Shown piece after piece: positions 15,997 through 25,550 of a stretch of DNA of 32,000 nucleotides. The notes under the pieces were generated by a model, which saw only the letters and a program-made list of their open reading frames with translations, searched no databases and was not told the origin of the DNA. Numbering within the stretch: position 1 is the stretch's first letter; every line of letters starts with the position of its first letter. The position numbers and the translations under genes are program-made. Where the stretch lies: the NCBI RefSeq assembly GCF_000025945.1, contig NC_006138.1:3000001-3032000 (forward strand). Direction: 5' to 3'. Source of the stretch: Desulfotalea psychrophila LSv54. GTDB lineage: Bacteria; Desulfobacterota; Desulfobulbia; Desulfobulbales; Desulfocapsaceae.

Positions 15997-18411
15997 ATGA
16001 AAAAAACAACAATTACGACCACTTTCTTATTAATTTTTCTCAGTGCAGTCAACTCTTTTTCGGCATTATTGCAGGAAATCAATAGGGTCGAACAGGCACA
16101 AACGATAAAATTATATCTTTCCTTCGACAAACTCCCTGCTTACAGCCTGGACCAAACGGGACGAAGAATAGACCTCATTTTAGAAGATACCATCCTAGGC
16201 CCCAGGGCAAAATTACCCCACCCGGGCGAGAATGTCATACGATATGCCCCCATAAAAAGCAATAACAACCTTACACTGTCTCTGGGACTCCGCTATCTAC
16301 CTGAAAAGCAGGCCATAATGGTGGCATCTGGCAAACAGCTGATTCTCGAAATTACCACGGGAAGCCTTTACACCAAATCATTCAAAGAACTCTCTCGGCA
16401 ACTCGACGGTCTCAGCCAGGGAAAGGGCAATAATCTCAACTACCTTACCCCTCTTTCCACTTCTCCATACAGATACAACTGGAAATCTTTTTTTTCTGAA
16501 TATCAACCGGAAATAAAAATCAAGCTTCCCGTATCAATCAGTTGGCCCCCATTTCCCATGGTCCAATTTCTGCCACCGATGTTTGCTGAAAACAGTGCCC
16601 TTCTCCCAAAAAACCTGCTCAATGACGGAAAAAACAATAAATGGCCGGGATTGTTACTCGCCCTGCCAGGACTTATAGAAAAAAGCACAAATCCACTGGA
16701 GCAGAGAAAACTTGCCCTAATATACGGAGAGGTACTCGCCAGAGCAGGACGATATGAGGAGAGCTACAGACAATTTTACCTGATACAGAAGAGCTATCCG
16801 AAAACATTCCTAGCGACCCTGGCCCACTACCTGCTACTCCATGTCCAGGCAGACAATGTCGATAAATTTTTAGCAGATTTTGAAATAGAACAGGTTGCAA
16901 ACCGTATCCCCAAAAGCAACCCTCTCTTTCCCTATATCTTTATCAATCAAATAGAACTGGCCCTTGGAGCCGACGATCTTGCCAAAATGAACACCCTACT
17001 ACTGCAGGACAATATTGGCCTGCCAGCAGATCTCGAAAACGCCAAGGCCGTAAGACAGGCAGATTACTGGCACGCCATCAACCAACCAATAAAGGCTGCA
17101 GCTGCCTACAATATAGCTTCTTGGGAAAAGGTACTCACAAAACAACCCTACTCGAGAAATGGCTTCTGCGATACACTCTTTACCCAAAAAAAATATAGTA
17201 AAGGCGCAAACTGTTACGGAAAACTTGCCAGCTATAGCAACTTAAAAGATTCACTCAGCATGGTTCTCTATCGCAGGGCAAGTTGCCAGGAAAAAGCCGG
17301 GAGACTCAAAAATCAAACGGCACGCCTGGCCTTTGAGCAGGTGGCCGAGGCCTTCCCAAATCAGGAAGGAGGCATCCGAGCCAGATTAAGATCCTACGAT
17401 CTTGCCATCACTGCCGCGAAATCCCCCGAAACAATGGGCAAGATAGCAGGTCAGTATCTTGAAATTGCGGAAAAAGAACCGCAAAGAGATGTCAGCGAAG
17501 AGGCCTATTTCAAGGGCGCCCTTGCCTTCTACCTTGCAGGAGAAAACAGCGCCTGTCTCAAGACACTCAAGAAAATGCACTCCTCCCTTCAATTTGGCCG
17601 ACTCCACGAAACAGGTCAGGCCCTATTGCTTGAGGCCATCCCCAAAGAGGTTCAACGCCTTGCCAGCGAAAAAAAATACAAACAGATCATCATCATCCTT
17701 GAACAGAACAAAGAAAGTTTCGCCAATGGCTGGATCGACGACCAGGTAACCAAAGAACTGGCCAAGGCATACTACGCCCTGGGGCTCTATCAAAAGGCAC
17801 ATCAAGTATTCCTTTATCTGCTGACAAATGGTCCTTCTCACAATGAAACCATTTACCTCCCCCTTATCCACTCAGCATACTATGCAGGAGCATATATTCG
17901 GGTAACAGACTACTGCCGGCGCTATCAAATTTTCTACCCCGAGGGCAAGGACTACAGAGAAATACGCCTCTACATGTGCAAGGCCCTACTTGCCCTTGGT
18001 CGGAATGTGGCTGCTTTGCAGAACCTCCCCGACCCACTTCCTCAAAGTGCCGCAGCGCAAAAAATCGCCACCAAGGTATTTTTTTATAATGGTCTCTACC
18101 AAAAAGTGCTTGATCTTGCAAAAAAAAGAACTAACAATTTCCCGGAAAGCCTCTTCTTTCAAGCAGAAAGCCTCTGGCAACTGGGAAACAGATCCACGGC
18201 CTACTCCCTCTTTCAGCAAATAGAAAAGACAAGCATGTATAACGGACAAAGCCTCTATCGACAGGCAGAATTTCTCCTGCAAAACAACCAAGAGAACAGG
18301 GCAAGAAGAGTACTCCAACAACTTACTGAAGATGCCAGCGAAACAAGTTGGGCAAAACTGGCCCAACAGGAGCTGGTCTTACTTAATATCTCAGAGATGG
18401 GCAAAGAATAG
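15997..18411 (+). CDS. Exported TPR-repeat protein (804 aa), function unknown
   Basis: N-terminal signal peptide MKKTTITTTFLLIFLSAVNSFSA, a beta-rich AMIN-like N-terminal segment (QTIKLYLSFDKLPAYSLDQTGRRIDLILEDTI), then many helical repeats of TPR character (AYYALGLYQKAHQVFLYLL, VFFYNGLYQKVLDLAKKRTNNFPESLFFQAESLWQLG). Confidence 0.8.
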   Translation: MKKTTITTTFLLIFLSAVNSFSALLQEINRVEQAQTIKLYLSFDKLPAYSLDQTGRRIDLILEDTILGPRAKLPHPGENVIRYAPIKSNNNLTLSLGLRYLPEKQAIMVASGKQLILEITTGSLYTKSFKELSRQLDGLSQGKGNNLNYLTPLSTSPYRYNWKSFFSEYQPEIKIKLPVSISWPPFPMVQFLPPMFAENSALLPKNLLNDGKNNKWPGLLLALPGLIEKSTNPLEQRKLALIYGEVLARAGRYEESYRQFYLIQKSYPKTFLATLAHYLLLHVQADNVDKFLADFEIEQVANRIPKSNPLFPYIFINQIELALGADDLAKMNTLLLQDNIGLPADLENAKAVRQADYWHAINQPIKAAAAYNIASWEKVLTKQPYSRNGFCDTLFTQKKYSKGANCYGKLASYSNLKDSLSMVLYRRASCQEKAGRLKNQTARLAFEQVAEAFPNQEGGIRARLRSYDLAITAAKSPETMGKIAGQYLEIAEKEPQRDVSEEAYFKGALAFYLAGENSACLKTLKKMHSSLQFGRLHETGQALLLEAIPKEVQRLASEKKYKQIIIILEQNKESFANGWIDDQVTKELAKAYYALGLYQKAHQVFLYLLTNGPSHNETIYLPLIHSAYYAGAYIRVTDYCRRYQIFYPEGKDYREIRLYMCKALLALGRNVAALQNLPDPLPQSAAAQKIATKVFFYNGLYQKVLDLAKKRTNNFPESLFFQAESLWQLGNRSTAYSLFQQIEKTSMYNGQSLYRQAEFLLQNNQENRARRVLQQLTEDASETSWAKLAQQELVLLNISEMGKE

Positions 18412-18425
18412 GCACGGTTAATGCA
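18410..18425 (+). promoter_or_regulatory. Candidate sigma-54 (-24/-12) promoter upstream of flgB
   Basis: aggcacggttaatgca versus TGGCACGN4TTGCW: exact GG-N10-GC spacing, two mismatches; 46 nt upstream of the flgB start. Confidence 0.6.
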
Positions 18426-18471
18426 AACAACTTTTAAGTAACTTTAATATAGTTAAGGAAAAGGAAAAATC

Positions 18472-18885
18472 GTGAAACTTTTAGAACCCTTTGATAATCA
18501 AATTCGTTTACTTGGCAAAGTACTTGACCTCCGCGCGAGCAAACAAGAGGTGATCAGTAGCAATATAGCCAACGCAGAGACACCCGGATACGCAGCCAGG
18601 CGTTTTAACTTTGAAGAAGACCTGCAAAAGGCCCTCTCGCTCAATTCGACCGAGCTTACCACCTCAAACCCACGACACATACCTCTTGGAGCGAGTACCT
18701 TCAGCGACCTTGAAGGGACCACAACTATTGTCCCCGACAAGCACGGCATAGGAGACAGCAACAGCGTAAGCATGCGAGATGAAATGCTTGCCCTCTCAGA
18801 AAACCAGTTGCTTTACGAAACCTCTGCTCAACTGCTCAAAAAAAAGCTGGGAATGGTCAAGTATGCAATTTCAGGTGGTCAATAA
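18472..18885 (+). CDS. flgB: Flagellar basal-body rod protein FlgB
   Basis: LLGKVLDLRASKQEVISSNIANAETPGYAARRFNFEEDL; GTG start. Confidence 0.95.
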   Translation: MKLLEPFDNQIRLLGKVLDLRASKQEVISSNIANAETPGYAARRFNFEEDLQKALSLNSTELTTSNPRHIPLGASTFSDLEGTTTIVPDKHGIGDSNSVSMRDEMLALSENQLLYETSAQLLKKKLGMVKYAISGGQ

Positions 18886-18916
18886 GCCCTTCGCCAACCT
18901 CTACTAACGGATAGCC

Positions 18917-19348
18917 ATGGACATTCTCAATAGTTTTAAGATCAGCAGTTCGGCACTCAAAGCTCAATCTATCAGACTCGACACAATCAGCTCCAATATA
19001 GCCAATGCTGAGACAACCTCTACCCCGGAGGGTGGGCCGTACAAAAAAAAATCTGTCTACTTCCAGGCAAAACCATTGACCTTTGCCGAGCAGCTCAACG
19101 GTAGTCTTAACGCCAAGACAACTGGCGTTGAAGTAATTAACATAATTGAAGATAAATCTGAGCCACGCAAGGTATATGATCCAAGCCATCCCGATGCAGG
19201 AAAAGACGGCTATGTTGATATGCCCAATGTCGACACCCTCAAAGAGATGGTTGATATGATGTCTGCCACTCGTTCATATCAGGCAAATGTGACCGCCATC
19301 CAATCAGCCAAGAGAATGGCTCTTAAAGCGCTTGAAATAGGAAGATAA
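18917..19348 (+). CDS. flgC: Flagellar basal-body rod protein FlgC
   Basis: FKISSSALKAQSIRLDTISSNIANAETTSTPEGGPYKKK ... VDTLKEMVDMMSATRSYQANVTAIQSAKRMALKALEI. Confidence 0.96.
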   Translation: MDILNSFKISSSALKAQSIRLDTISSNIANAETTSTPEGGPYKKKSVYFQAKPLTFAEQLNGSLNAKTTGVEVINIIEDKSEPRKVYDPSHPDAGKDGYVDMPNVDTLKEMVDMMSATRSYQANVTAIQSAKRMALKALEIGR

Positions 19349-19349
19349 A

Positions 19350-19646
19350 ATGATACCAGAAATACGGGCCCAACAGGTCGCCTTAGCTGCCACAGACTCC
19401 ATGCCCCAAAACATTAGCAAGGCAGGAAGAACCTTTGCTGAGGTCATTGCAGAGACTGTAAACCAGGCAAACAAGGCCCAGGATGTAGGCGATAAATCCA
19501 TTCAGGCCTTAGAATCAGGCAAAGCCCAAAACCTCCACGAGGTAATGATCTCCATGGAAGAGGCAGATATTTCTCTACGCATGTTGGTACAGGTGCGAAA
19601 CAAGGCCCTTTCAGCCTATGACGAAATCATGAGAATGCAAGTTTAG
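19350..19646 (+). CDS. fliE: Flagellar hook-basal body complex protein FliE
   Basis: FAEVIAETVNQANKAQDVGDKSIQALESGKAQNLHEVMISMEEADISLRMLVQVRNKALSAYDEIMRMQV. Confidence 0.95.
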   Translation: MIPEIRAQQVALAATDSMPQNISKAGRTFAEVIAETVNQANKAQDVGDKSIQALESGKAQNLHEVMISMEEADISLRMLVQVRNKALSAYDEIMRMQV

Positions 19647-19715
19647 GACGATTAAGCAAAGACAAAGAGTCAGGTTCGCAGGACGATGAGACAATCTTAA
19701 AACGGCATAAAAAAA

Positions 19716-21353
19716 ATGGCAGATCAACAGACAGGACAATCAGCAGAGAGCAGCGAAGCACCAGTCAGGGAAGGGGAGGGAATGAAAACTCCTGCAAAAA
19801 AAAACTTTTTCACCCTTCTCCGGGACTGGCCTCTTTCGCGACAGCTCTCCCTTGGAGCAGTACTGATACTCTGCCTGGCCGCCTTTGCAACAATTATCAT
19901 CCAAACCAGAACCGTCGACCAGCAGTTACTTTACGCCAACCTTTCGGCAACAGATGCCGCTGCCGTAACAGAATGGCTCAAGGGACAAAAGATACCCTAC
20001 AGCCTGAAAGACAGCGGCAAGAGTGTCTGGATTGGTAGCAACAAGATATATCAGGCCCGTCTTGATCTGGCGGCCAATGGCCTGCCAAGTGGTGGAGGCG
20101 TTGGCTTTGAGGTTTTTGATAAGCAGAACTTTGCTCTGACAAATTATGTGCAAAAAATAAATTATAGCAGGGCCCTACAGGGAGAACTTGCCCGCACCAT
20201 CAGTTCCCTTGCCCCGATTGAATCAACCCGGGTCCACCTTGCTATTCCAGAAAAAAGACTCTTTAAAAACCAACAGAAACAGGCCACCGCCTCTGTTATT
20301 CTCTCTTTAGTGCCAGGAAAAACACTCAGCCAAGAACAGGTAGAGGGTATTGCCTACCTGGTGGCCGGCTCAGTACCGGGACTTGAAACAGACAATGTCA
20401 AGGTTCTTGACTCCAGTGGAGTTATTCTGGGAGACAGAGAACAGAACGGTGGAGATCGAGCACTCTCCAGCGATATGCTCGCCTTTCAAAAAGAAATTGA
20501 GACTCAAATGGAAATGCGCGCCCAGGATCTGTTAACCAGAACCATGGGGGCAGATCATGCCCTGGTACGAGTTACGGCAACGGTAGATTTTGCCAAGGTT
20601 GAAAAGACAGAAGAATTTTTTGATGCAGACGATCCTGTCATCCGCAGTGAACAGATTAATAACGAATCTAGCAGAGGCGCTGAGGCGGGAGGCATTCCGG
20701 GAGTTGAATCTAACCTGCAGGGAACACAAAAAAAATCCGGCACCGGCCCCAGCGCCGTAAAAAACGGCAGAACAACAAATTATGAAATCAGCAAAACGAT
20801 TTCTCACATTGTTAATCCCGTCGGTACCGTAAAAAAACTCTCTGTTTCTGTATTAGTCGCAGACCGTCAAAAACTTGACCCTGACACCCAAGAACCAAGC
20901 TACACGCCTTTTAGCACGACTGAGCTCAAGGCCTTAGAAAATATGGTTGCCAGTGCCATTGGCCTTGTAGCCACCAGAGGTGATGTTATCAATGTAATCT
21001 CCATGCCTTTTTTCCAAGATCCACAGGAGTTTGAAACTGACCAAGACGATACCATGGAGCTGGTCCGGAACAGCATGCCCCTTGTCAAATATCTCCTCGC
21101 CCTATTGGCCATCTTCTTTCTCTATTTCCTCCTTGTCCGCCCCATCCTCAAAACGGTAAAGGGAGAGGTTCTACAGCACAATAAAACAGTGGATGAGATG
21201 GAGAAGGAACAACAGCGACGCAACCAAGAGAAGAAAGAGGAGAGCACACCCCTGCCCCCCTTGGATATTGCCCTGGCTAACATTAGACAAGAGGTGATGC
21301 AGGAACACACTCCTACCGCCTTTATCGTTAAAAACTGGATTCACGAAGGATAA
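19716..21353 (+). CDS. fliF: Flagellar MS-ring protein FliF
   Basis: TVDQQLLYANLSATDAAAVTEWLKGQKIPYSL, TNYVQKINYSRALQGELARTISSL, VESTRVHLAIPEKRLF. Confidence 0.97.
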   Translation: MADQQTGQSAESSEAPVREGEGMKTPAKKNFFTLLRDWPLSRQLSLGAVLILCLAAFATIIIQTRTVDQQLLYANLSATDAAAVTEWLKGQKIPYSLKDSGKSVWIGSNKIYQARLDLAANGLPSGGGVGFEVFDKQNFALTNYVQKINYSRALQGELARTISSLAPIESTRVHLAIPEKRLFKNQQKQATASVILSLVPGKTLSQEQVEGIAYLVAGSVPGLETDNVKVLDSSGVILGDREQNGGDRALSSDMLAFQKEIETQMEMRAQDLLTRTMGADHALVRVTATVDFAKVEKTEEFFDADDPVIRSEQINNESSRGAEAGGIPGVESNLQGTQKKSGTGPSAVKNGRTTNYEISKTISHIVNPVGTVKKLSVSVLVADRQKLDPDTQEPSYTPFSTTELKALENMVASAIGLVATRGDVINVISMPFFQDPQEFETDQDDTMELVRNSMPLVKYLLALLAIFFLYFLLVRPILKTVKGEVLQHNKTVDEMEKEQQRRNQEKKEESTPLPPLDIALANIRQEVMQEHTPTAFIVKNWIHEG

Positions 21354-21356
21354 GAA

Positions 21357-22361
21357 ATGTCAGCAAGTAGCTTAACAGGTATCGAACGTGTCGCCATACT
21401 TCTGCTTTGCCTTGGCGAAGAACCCACTGCCCAAATTTTCAGTGCCTTGAGCGATGAGGAGATCCATCTTGTCACCCAGGCGATGGGGAATATAGAGCAT
21501 ATACCTCAGCGTCAAAAAGAGGAGGTGCTCCAACGCTTCCACAAAGACCATGAGGAAAATACAGGTCTATTCGTTAAGGGCAGAGAGTTTGTCCAAAATG
21601 CCCTGGCGGCAACACCGGGCAAGGAACGCTCAAGTCAACTTCTTGACCAGTTCATCGCCAACATGGAAACACGATCCCTGGAAACCATTGCCAAAATGAA
21701 TCCACAAATGGTGGCCGGCATCCTTGAACAGGAACATCCACAAACAGTGGCCCTTGTTCTCTCCACCCAAACAATAATTCACTCCAGCGAGATCCTCGCC
21801 TCTCTCTCGGAGGAGATGCGAACGGATGTCGTCTACAGAATAGCCAAACTTGAAAAGGTCTCCCCGGAAGTCATTAACCGTATTGAAGATGCCCTACACC
21901 GGGAAATTGGTCTTGTCTCCAGTAAAGAACAAAAACAGGTTGGCGGAATTGATGCCGTTGTCTCCCTACTCCATAGCATGAAAAACAACCTTGATGCAGA
22001 TATACTTGAAAGCATTGAAGAAACCGACCCTGTTATGGCAGAAGAGATCCGTAAACGTATGTTCACCTTTGAGGACATGATGGGACTTGACAGCCGCGCC
22101 CTCCAGGCAATTCTTCGTGAAATCAACAACGACTCTCTCACCCTGGCACTGAAGACATCCTCTGAGCCAATGCGAGAAAAAATATTTGCCAATATGTCAG
22201 AGCGAGCTGCTGACATGATCAAAGATGATCTCGAAGCCATGGGCCCTGTCCGCCTCTCTGAAGTCGAGGCCATGCAACAGACCATTGTTAAAATAGCAAT
22301 TAAGCTTGAAGAAGAGGGAAAAATAATCCTCGGTGGTGGAGGTAGCGATGAGCTTGTCTAG
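21357..22361 (+). CDS. fliG: Flagellar motor switch protein FliG
   Basis: GIERVAILLLCLGEEPTAQIFSALSDEEI, KMNPQMVAGILEQEHPQTVALVLS, MFTFEDMMGLDSRALQAILREI. Confidence 0.97.
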   Translation: MSASSLTGIERVAILLLCLGEEPTAQIFSALSDEEIHLVTQAMGNIEHIPQRQKEEVLQRFHKDHEENTGLFVKGREFVQNALAATPGKERSSQLLDQFIANMETRSLETIAKMNPQMVAGILEQEHPQTVALVLSTQTIIHSSEILASLSEEMRTDVVYRIAKLEKVSPEVINRIEDALHREIGLVSSKEQKQVGGIDAVVSLLHSMKNNLDADILESIEETDPVMAEEIRKRMFTFEDMMGLDSRALQAILREINNDSLTLALKTSSEPMREKIFANMSERAADMIKDDLEAMGPVRLSEVEAMQQTIVKIAIKLEEEGKIILGGGGSDELV

Positions 22362-23205
22362 AATCTTTAAGGATTCAGCAAATTTTGAACCGGAAAACCT
22401 TACCGCCTGCCCTGTTGCCACGGGATGGCAGGCAGAGCAGACCAGCCCACAGAAAAAAAAGATCTTTCATGCAAGTAAAAAAGAACATCTGGAGAGCATT
22501 CAGCCAGGGCAAACAAGAGCAAGAGAGCCTCTGGCAAAAACCGCACCCGCAGAAAAAGAGGCCCTCCCGGCCCCAGCAAAACAGTCTGCCAAGCATCTTC
22601 AGCCAAAGATTTCAAAAACAATAGCACCGCCATCCCCCATCCCAGACAATTACGTCGATCGAGATGAGGCTGCAAGAGAGAAAGAGCGAGCCTTTCAAGA
22701 TGGCAAGAGTAGCGGCCTTGAAGAGGGAAGAGAAGAGGGACGTATCGAAGGTATCAAAGAGGGAAAAAGGCTTCTTAAGGACGAATTCTCTCTGGCTACC
22801 AAGGCACTGCTTACGAGCTGTCAACAACTTGACTCCAGTAAAGCCAACCTCGTTGTTAACAGTAGCGCGGCCCTGAAAGACTTTGCCATAGCAATTGCGG
22901 AACAGATCATTCGTTATTCAGTAAAAGAACACGACATAACGATTATCGCCACCATAGAAGAGGCCCTGCAACGAGCAATTAAGTCTCAGGATTTCTATAT
23001 TTATCTCCATCCAGACGACTATCAGATTGTTAAGGAAAAGGCTGAAGATCTCATTTCTAACGTCAGTGGCCTTGATCATGTCTTCCTGAAAAAAGATGTG
23101 AAAATTGAAAGGGGAGGAGCATATATGGAATCCGACAACTGTATTGTCGATGCCACCATTGCCAGTCAATTTGAAGTTATCCTTAAAGAACTTGAACAAT
23201 CCTAA
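22348..23205 (+). CDS. fliH: Flagellar assembly protein FliH
   Basis: Position between fliG and fliI; REEGRIEGIKEGKR...AIAIAEQIIRYSVKEHD...FYIYLHPDDYQIV. ATG at 22348 (MSLSRIFKD) has a good upstream ggtggagg; the ORF track starts at GTG 22333. Confidence 0.88.
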   Translation: MSLSRIFKDSANFEPENLTACPVATGWQAEQTSPQKKKIFHASKKEHLESIQPGQTRAREPLAKTAPAEKEALPAPAKQSAKHLQPKISKTIAPPSPIPDNYVDRDEAAREKERAFQDGKSSGLEEGREEGRIEGIKEGKRLLKDEFSLATKALLTSCQQLDSSKANLVVNSSAALKDFAIAIAEQIIRYSVKEHDITIIATIEEALQRAIKSQDFYIYLHPDDYQIVKEKAEDLISNVSGLDHVFLKKDVKIERGGAYMESDNCIVDATIASQFEVILKELEQS

Positions 23206-23223
23206 CCTTTTTAAGCCAATCAT

Positions 23224-24528
23224 ATGCCCTTTAACACTCAGCACCTAAAAGATCTCAATACCATAAAAGTATGGGGTAAGGTTACAAAAATTGTTGGCCT
23301 AGTCGTGGAAGGCCACTGTCCCCATGCATCCATAGGATCTCTCTGTGAAATTTCACCCGTTGACCATGGCAGTCCGATTTTTGGCGAAGTCGTGGGTTTT
23401 AGAGATGGCAAGGTGCTCCTTATGCCTCTGGGAGAACTCCGGGGCCTTGGCGCCGGCAGCCTTATCCGGGTGATACGACAGAGTGCCACCATGCGCGTTG
23501 GCCCCCACCTCCTCGGCCGGGTCATAGACGGGATGGAAGTTCCACAGGATACCCTCCCTCCACCTGAGCTCAGTGAAGAGGTAGAGCTCTACGCCCTCCC
23601 CCCCAACCCAATGCTTCGTGATAATATTTGCCAACCCATCGATCTCGGGGTTCGGGCAATTAATGGCCTCCTCACCTGCGGACTTGGGCAACGAATGGGT
23701 ATTATGGCGGGTTCCGGAGTCGGCAAGAGTGTACTTTTAGGAATGATGGCCAAATACGCCCAGGCCGACATCAACGTTATCGCCCTTATTGGCGAGCGTG
23801 GTCGTGAGGTACGTGAGTTCATCGAAAGAGACCTGGGACCTGAGGGGCTTGCAAGATCGGTCATCGTGGTCGTTACCTCCGATCAATCGCCGCTTCTACG
23901 AATGCGTGGGGCCTTTGTGGCAACGGCCATTGCCGAGTTCTTTTGCAAACAGGGCAAAAATGTCCTGCTGATGATGGATTCAGTCACCAGATTTGCCATG
24001 GCCATGCGGGAAATAGGCCTTGCCATCGGTGAACCACCCACCACCAAAGGATATACACCCTCTGTCTTTGCCACCCTGCCTAAGCTCCTTGAACGGGCCG
24101 GGCGTTTTAAGGGACAGGGTTCTATCACCGGCATCTATACAGTTTTAGTTGACGGTGACGATATGACAGAACCCGTAGCGGACTCTGTCCGCTCCATTCT
24201 TGATGGCCATATTGTCCTATCACGGGCAATAGCTGCTAAAAACCATTTCCCCGCCATCGATATTCTAGCCTCTGCCAGTCGGGTTATGCGCGACATTGTT
24301 TCCCCGGAGCATATAGAGCTGGCCGGAAAATTAAGAACGGTACTCGCTGACTACCGCGAGGCTGAAGATCTCATTAATATTGGTGCCTATGTCAAAGGAA
24401 CAAACAAAAATATTGATCTTGCCATTGAAAAAATAGAGCAGGCAAAACTCTTCTTGAAGCAGGGGTATAACCAGACAACTGACATGACTGAAACCCTTGA
24501 GCAACTGGAGTCTCTTTTCGCTCTCTAA
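23224..24528 (+). CDS. fliI: Flagellum-specific ATPase FliI
   Basis: GLGQRMGIMAGSGVGKSVLLGMMAKYA (Walker A), VLLMMDSVTRFAMAMREIGLAIGEPPTTKGYTPSVF. Confidence 0.97.
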   Translation: MPFNTQHLKDLNTIKVWGKVTKIVGLVVEGHCPHASIGSLCEISPVDHGSPIFGEVVGFRDGKVLLMPLGELRGLGAGSLIRVIRQSATMRVGPHLLGRVIDGMEVPQDTLPPPELSEEVELYALPPNPMLRDNICQPIDLGVRAINGLLTCGLGQRMGIMAGSGVGKSVLLGMMAKYAQADINVIALIGERGREVREFIERDLGPEGLARSVIVVVTSDQSPLLRMRGAFVATAIAEFFCKQGKNVLLMMDSVTRFAMAMREIGLAIGEPPTTKGYTPSVFATLPKLLERAGRFKGQGSITGIYTVLVDGDDMTEPVADSVRSILDGHIVLSRAIAAKNHFPAIDILASASRVMRDIVSPEHIELAGKLRTVLADYREAEDLINIGAYVKGTNKNIDLAIEKIEQAKLFLKQGYNQTTDMTETLEQLESLFAL

Positions 24529-24548
24529 AAACAGACAGGTGAACAGAA

Positions 24549-24998
24549 ATGGACCCAACAAAACCCTTCTCCCTTGAAACAGTTCTCAGCCATAGAAAAA
24601 GACGAAAAGATGCAACGGTTACCCGACTAACAACTGCTGAAAAAAATCGAACCATTATTGCAGAAAAACTCGCAGAAAAAGAGGAAGGCTACAGAAATTT
24701 TCTGCAGGAGATAGAAAATATACAGCTCCAGGGGGTTAACATAGAAAGACTGATCATGTATGAAGGCCGGGCAGACTATATCAAACACGAAATAGCAGAA
24801 ATAAAAAAGACACTGCTTAATAAGGAAAAAATTGTTCACCAGGAGAGGAAAAACCTGAGCCACTGCGCCCGTGAACATAAGATCATGTGTCAGCTCAAAG
24901 AGAAGCAAAACCTCGCCTGGAGGCAATTTATCAACAAAAAAGAGGCCGCCGTTCTTGATGAAATTGCTATCATGCGCCACTCCCAAAAAATGTCCTAA
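24549..24998 (+). CDS. fliJ: Flagellar export chaperone FliJ-like
   Basis: 149-aa coiled-coil protein directly after fliI; FSLETVLSHRKRRKDATVTRL... is the typical FliJ N-terminus. Confidence 0.8.
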   Translation: MDPTKPFSLETVLSHRKRRKDATVTRLTTAEKNRTIIAEKLAEKEEGYRNFLQEIENIQLQGVNIERLIMYEGRADYIKHEIAEIKKTLLNKEKIVHQERKNLSHCAREHKIMCQLKEKQNLAWRQFINKKEAAVLDEIAIMRHSQKMS

Positions 24999-25010
24999 CA
25001 AAAAGCAATC

Positions 25011-25550
25011 ATGAAAAAGCCTAGCCAACGCCAAGAGATACTCACCACCCTTCTCATCGTTTTTTTCTCCCTATTTCAGACATACAGCATCGCACGAGCC
25101 GCAGAGTCAACGGAGTATGGCTCAGTGGAAGAGCGACGCCTTGAGGCAAGTCTCGTCCAGAACGCCAAAGACGAAGAAATCAGACTAGACACCATTATTG
25201 CTAGAAAAAATGAACTAAAGATACTTGAAAAGGCTGTCGATAAAAAACTTGTTCAGGTAGAGGAGAAGATTACAGAGTTAAAGAAAATCAAACTTGCAAT
25301 TGACTCTCTACTTGAAAAAAGATCAGCAACGGAGTTGGCAAAACTGGAAACTCTTGCCAAAATATATGGAAAGATGGACGCTCCAAGGGCCGCTAGGGCC
25401 ATCGCCAGTCTCGACAGAAAACTCGCATCGAATCTTCTTGCTGCCATGAAGGCAAAATCTGCAGCAAAGATATTGGATCAACTTCCTCCCAGAATTGCGG
25501 GCGAGTTAACCACAAAAGTATCTGGGACACAACTCTATAATACAGACTAA
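25011..25550 (+). CDS. MotE-like periplasmic coiled-coil protein (MgtE N-terminal-like C-domain)
   Basis: N-terminal hydrophobic segment TTLLIVFFSLFQTYSIA, coiled coil, then YGKMDAPRAARAIASLDRKLASNLLAAMKAKSAAKILDQLPPRIAGELT, as in flagellar-locus MotE-type proteins. Confidence 0.7.
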   Translation: MKKPSQRQEILTTLLIVFFSLFQTYSIARAAESTEYGSVEERRLEASLVQNAKDEEIRLDTIIARKNELKILEKAVDKKLVQVEEKITELKKIKLAIDSLLEKRSATELAKLETLAKIYGKMDAPRAARAIASLDRKLASNLLAAMKAKSAAKILDQLPPRIAGELTTKVSGTQLYNTD

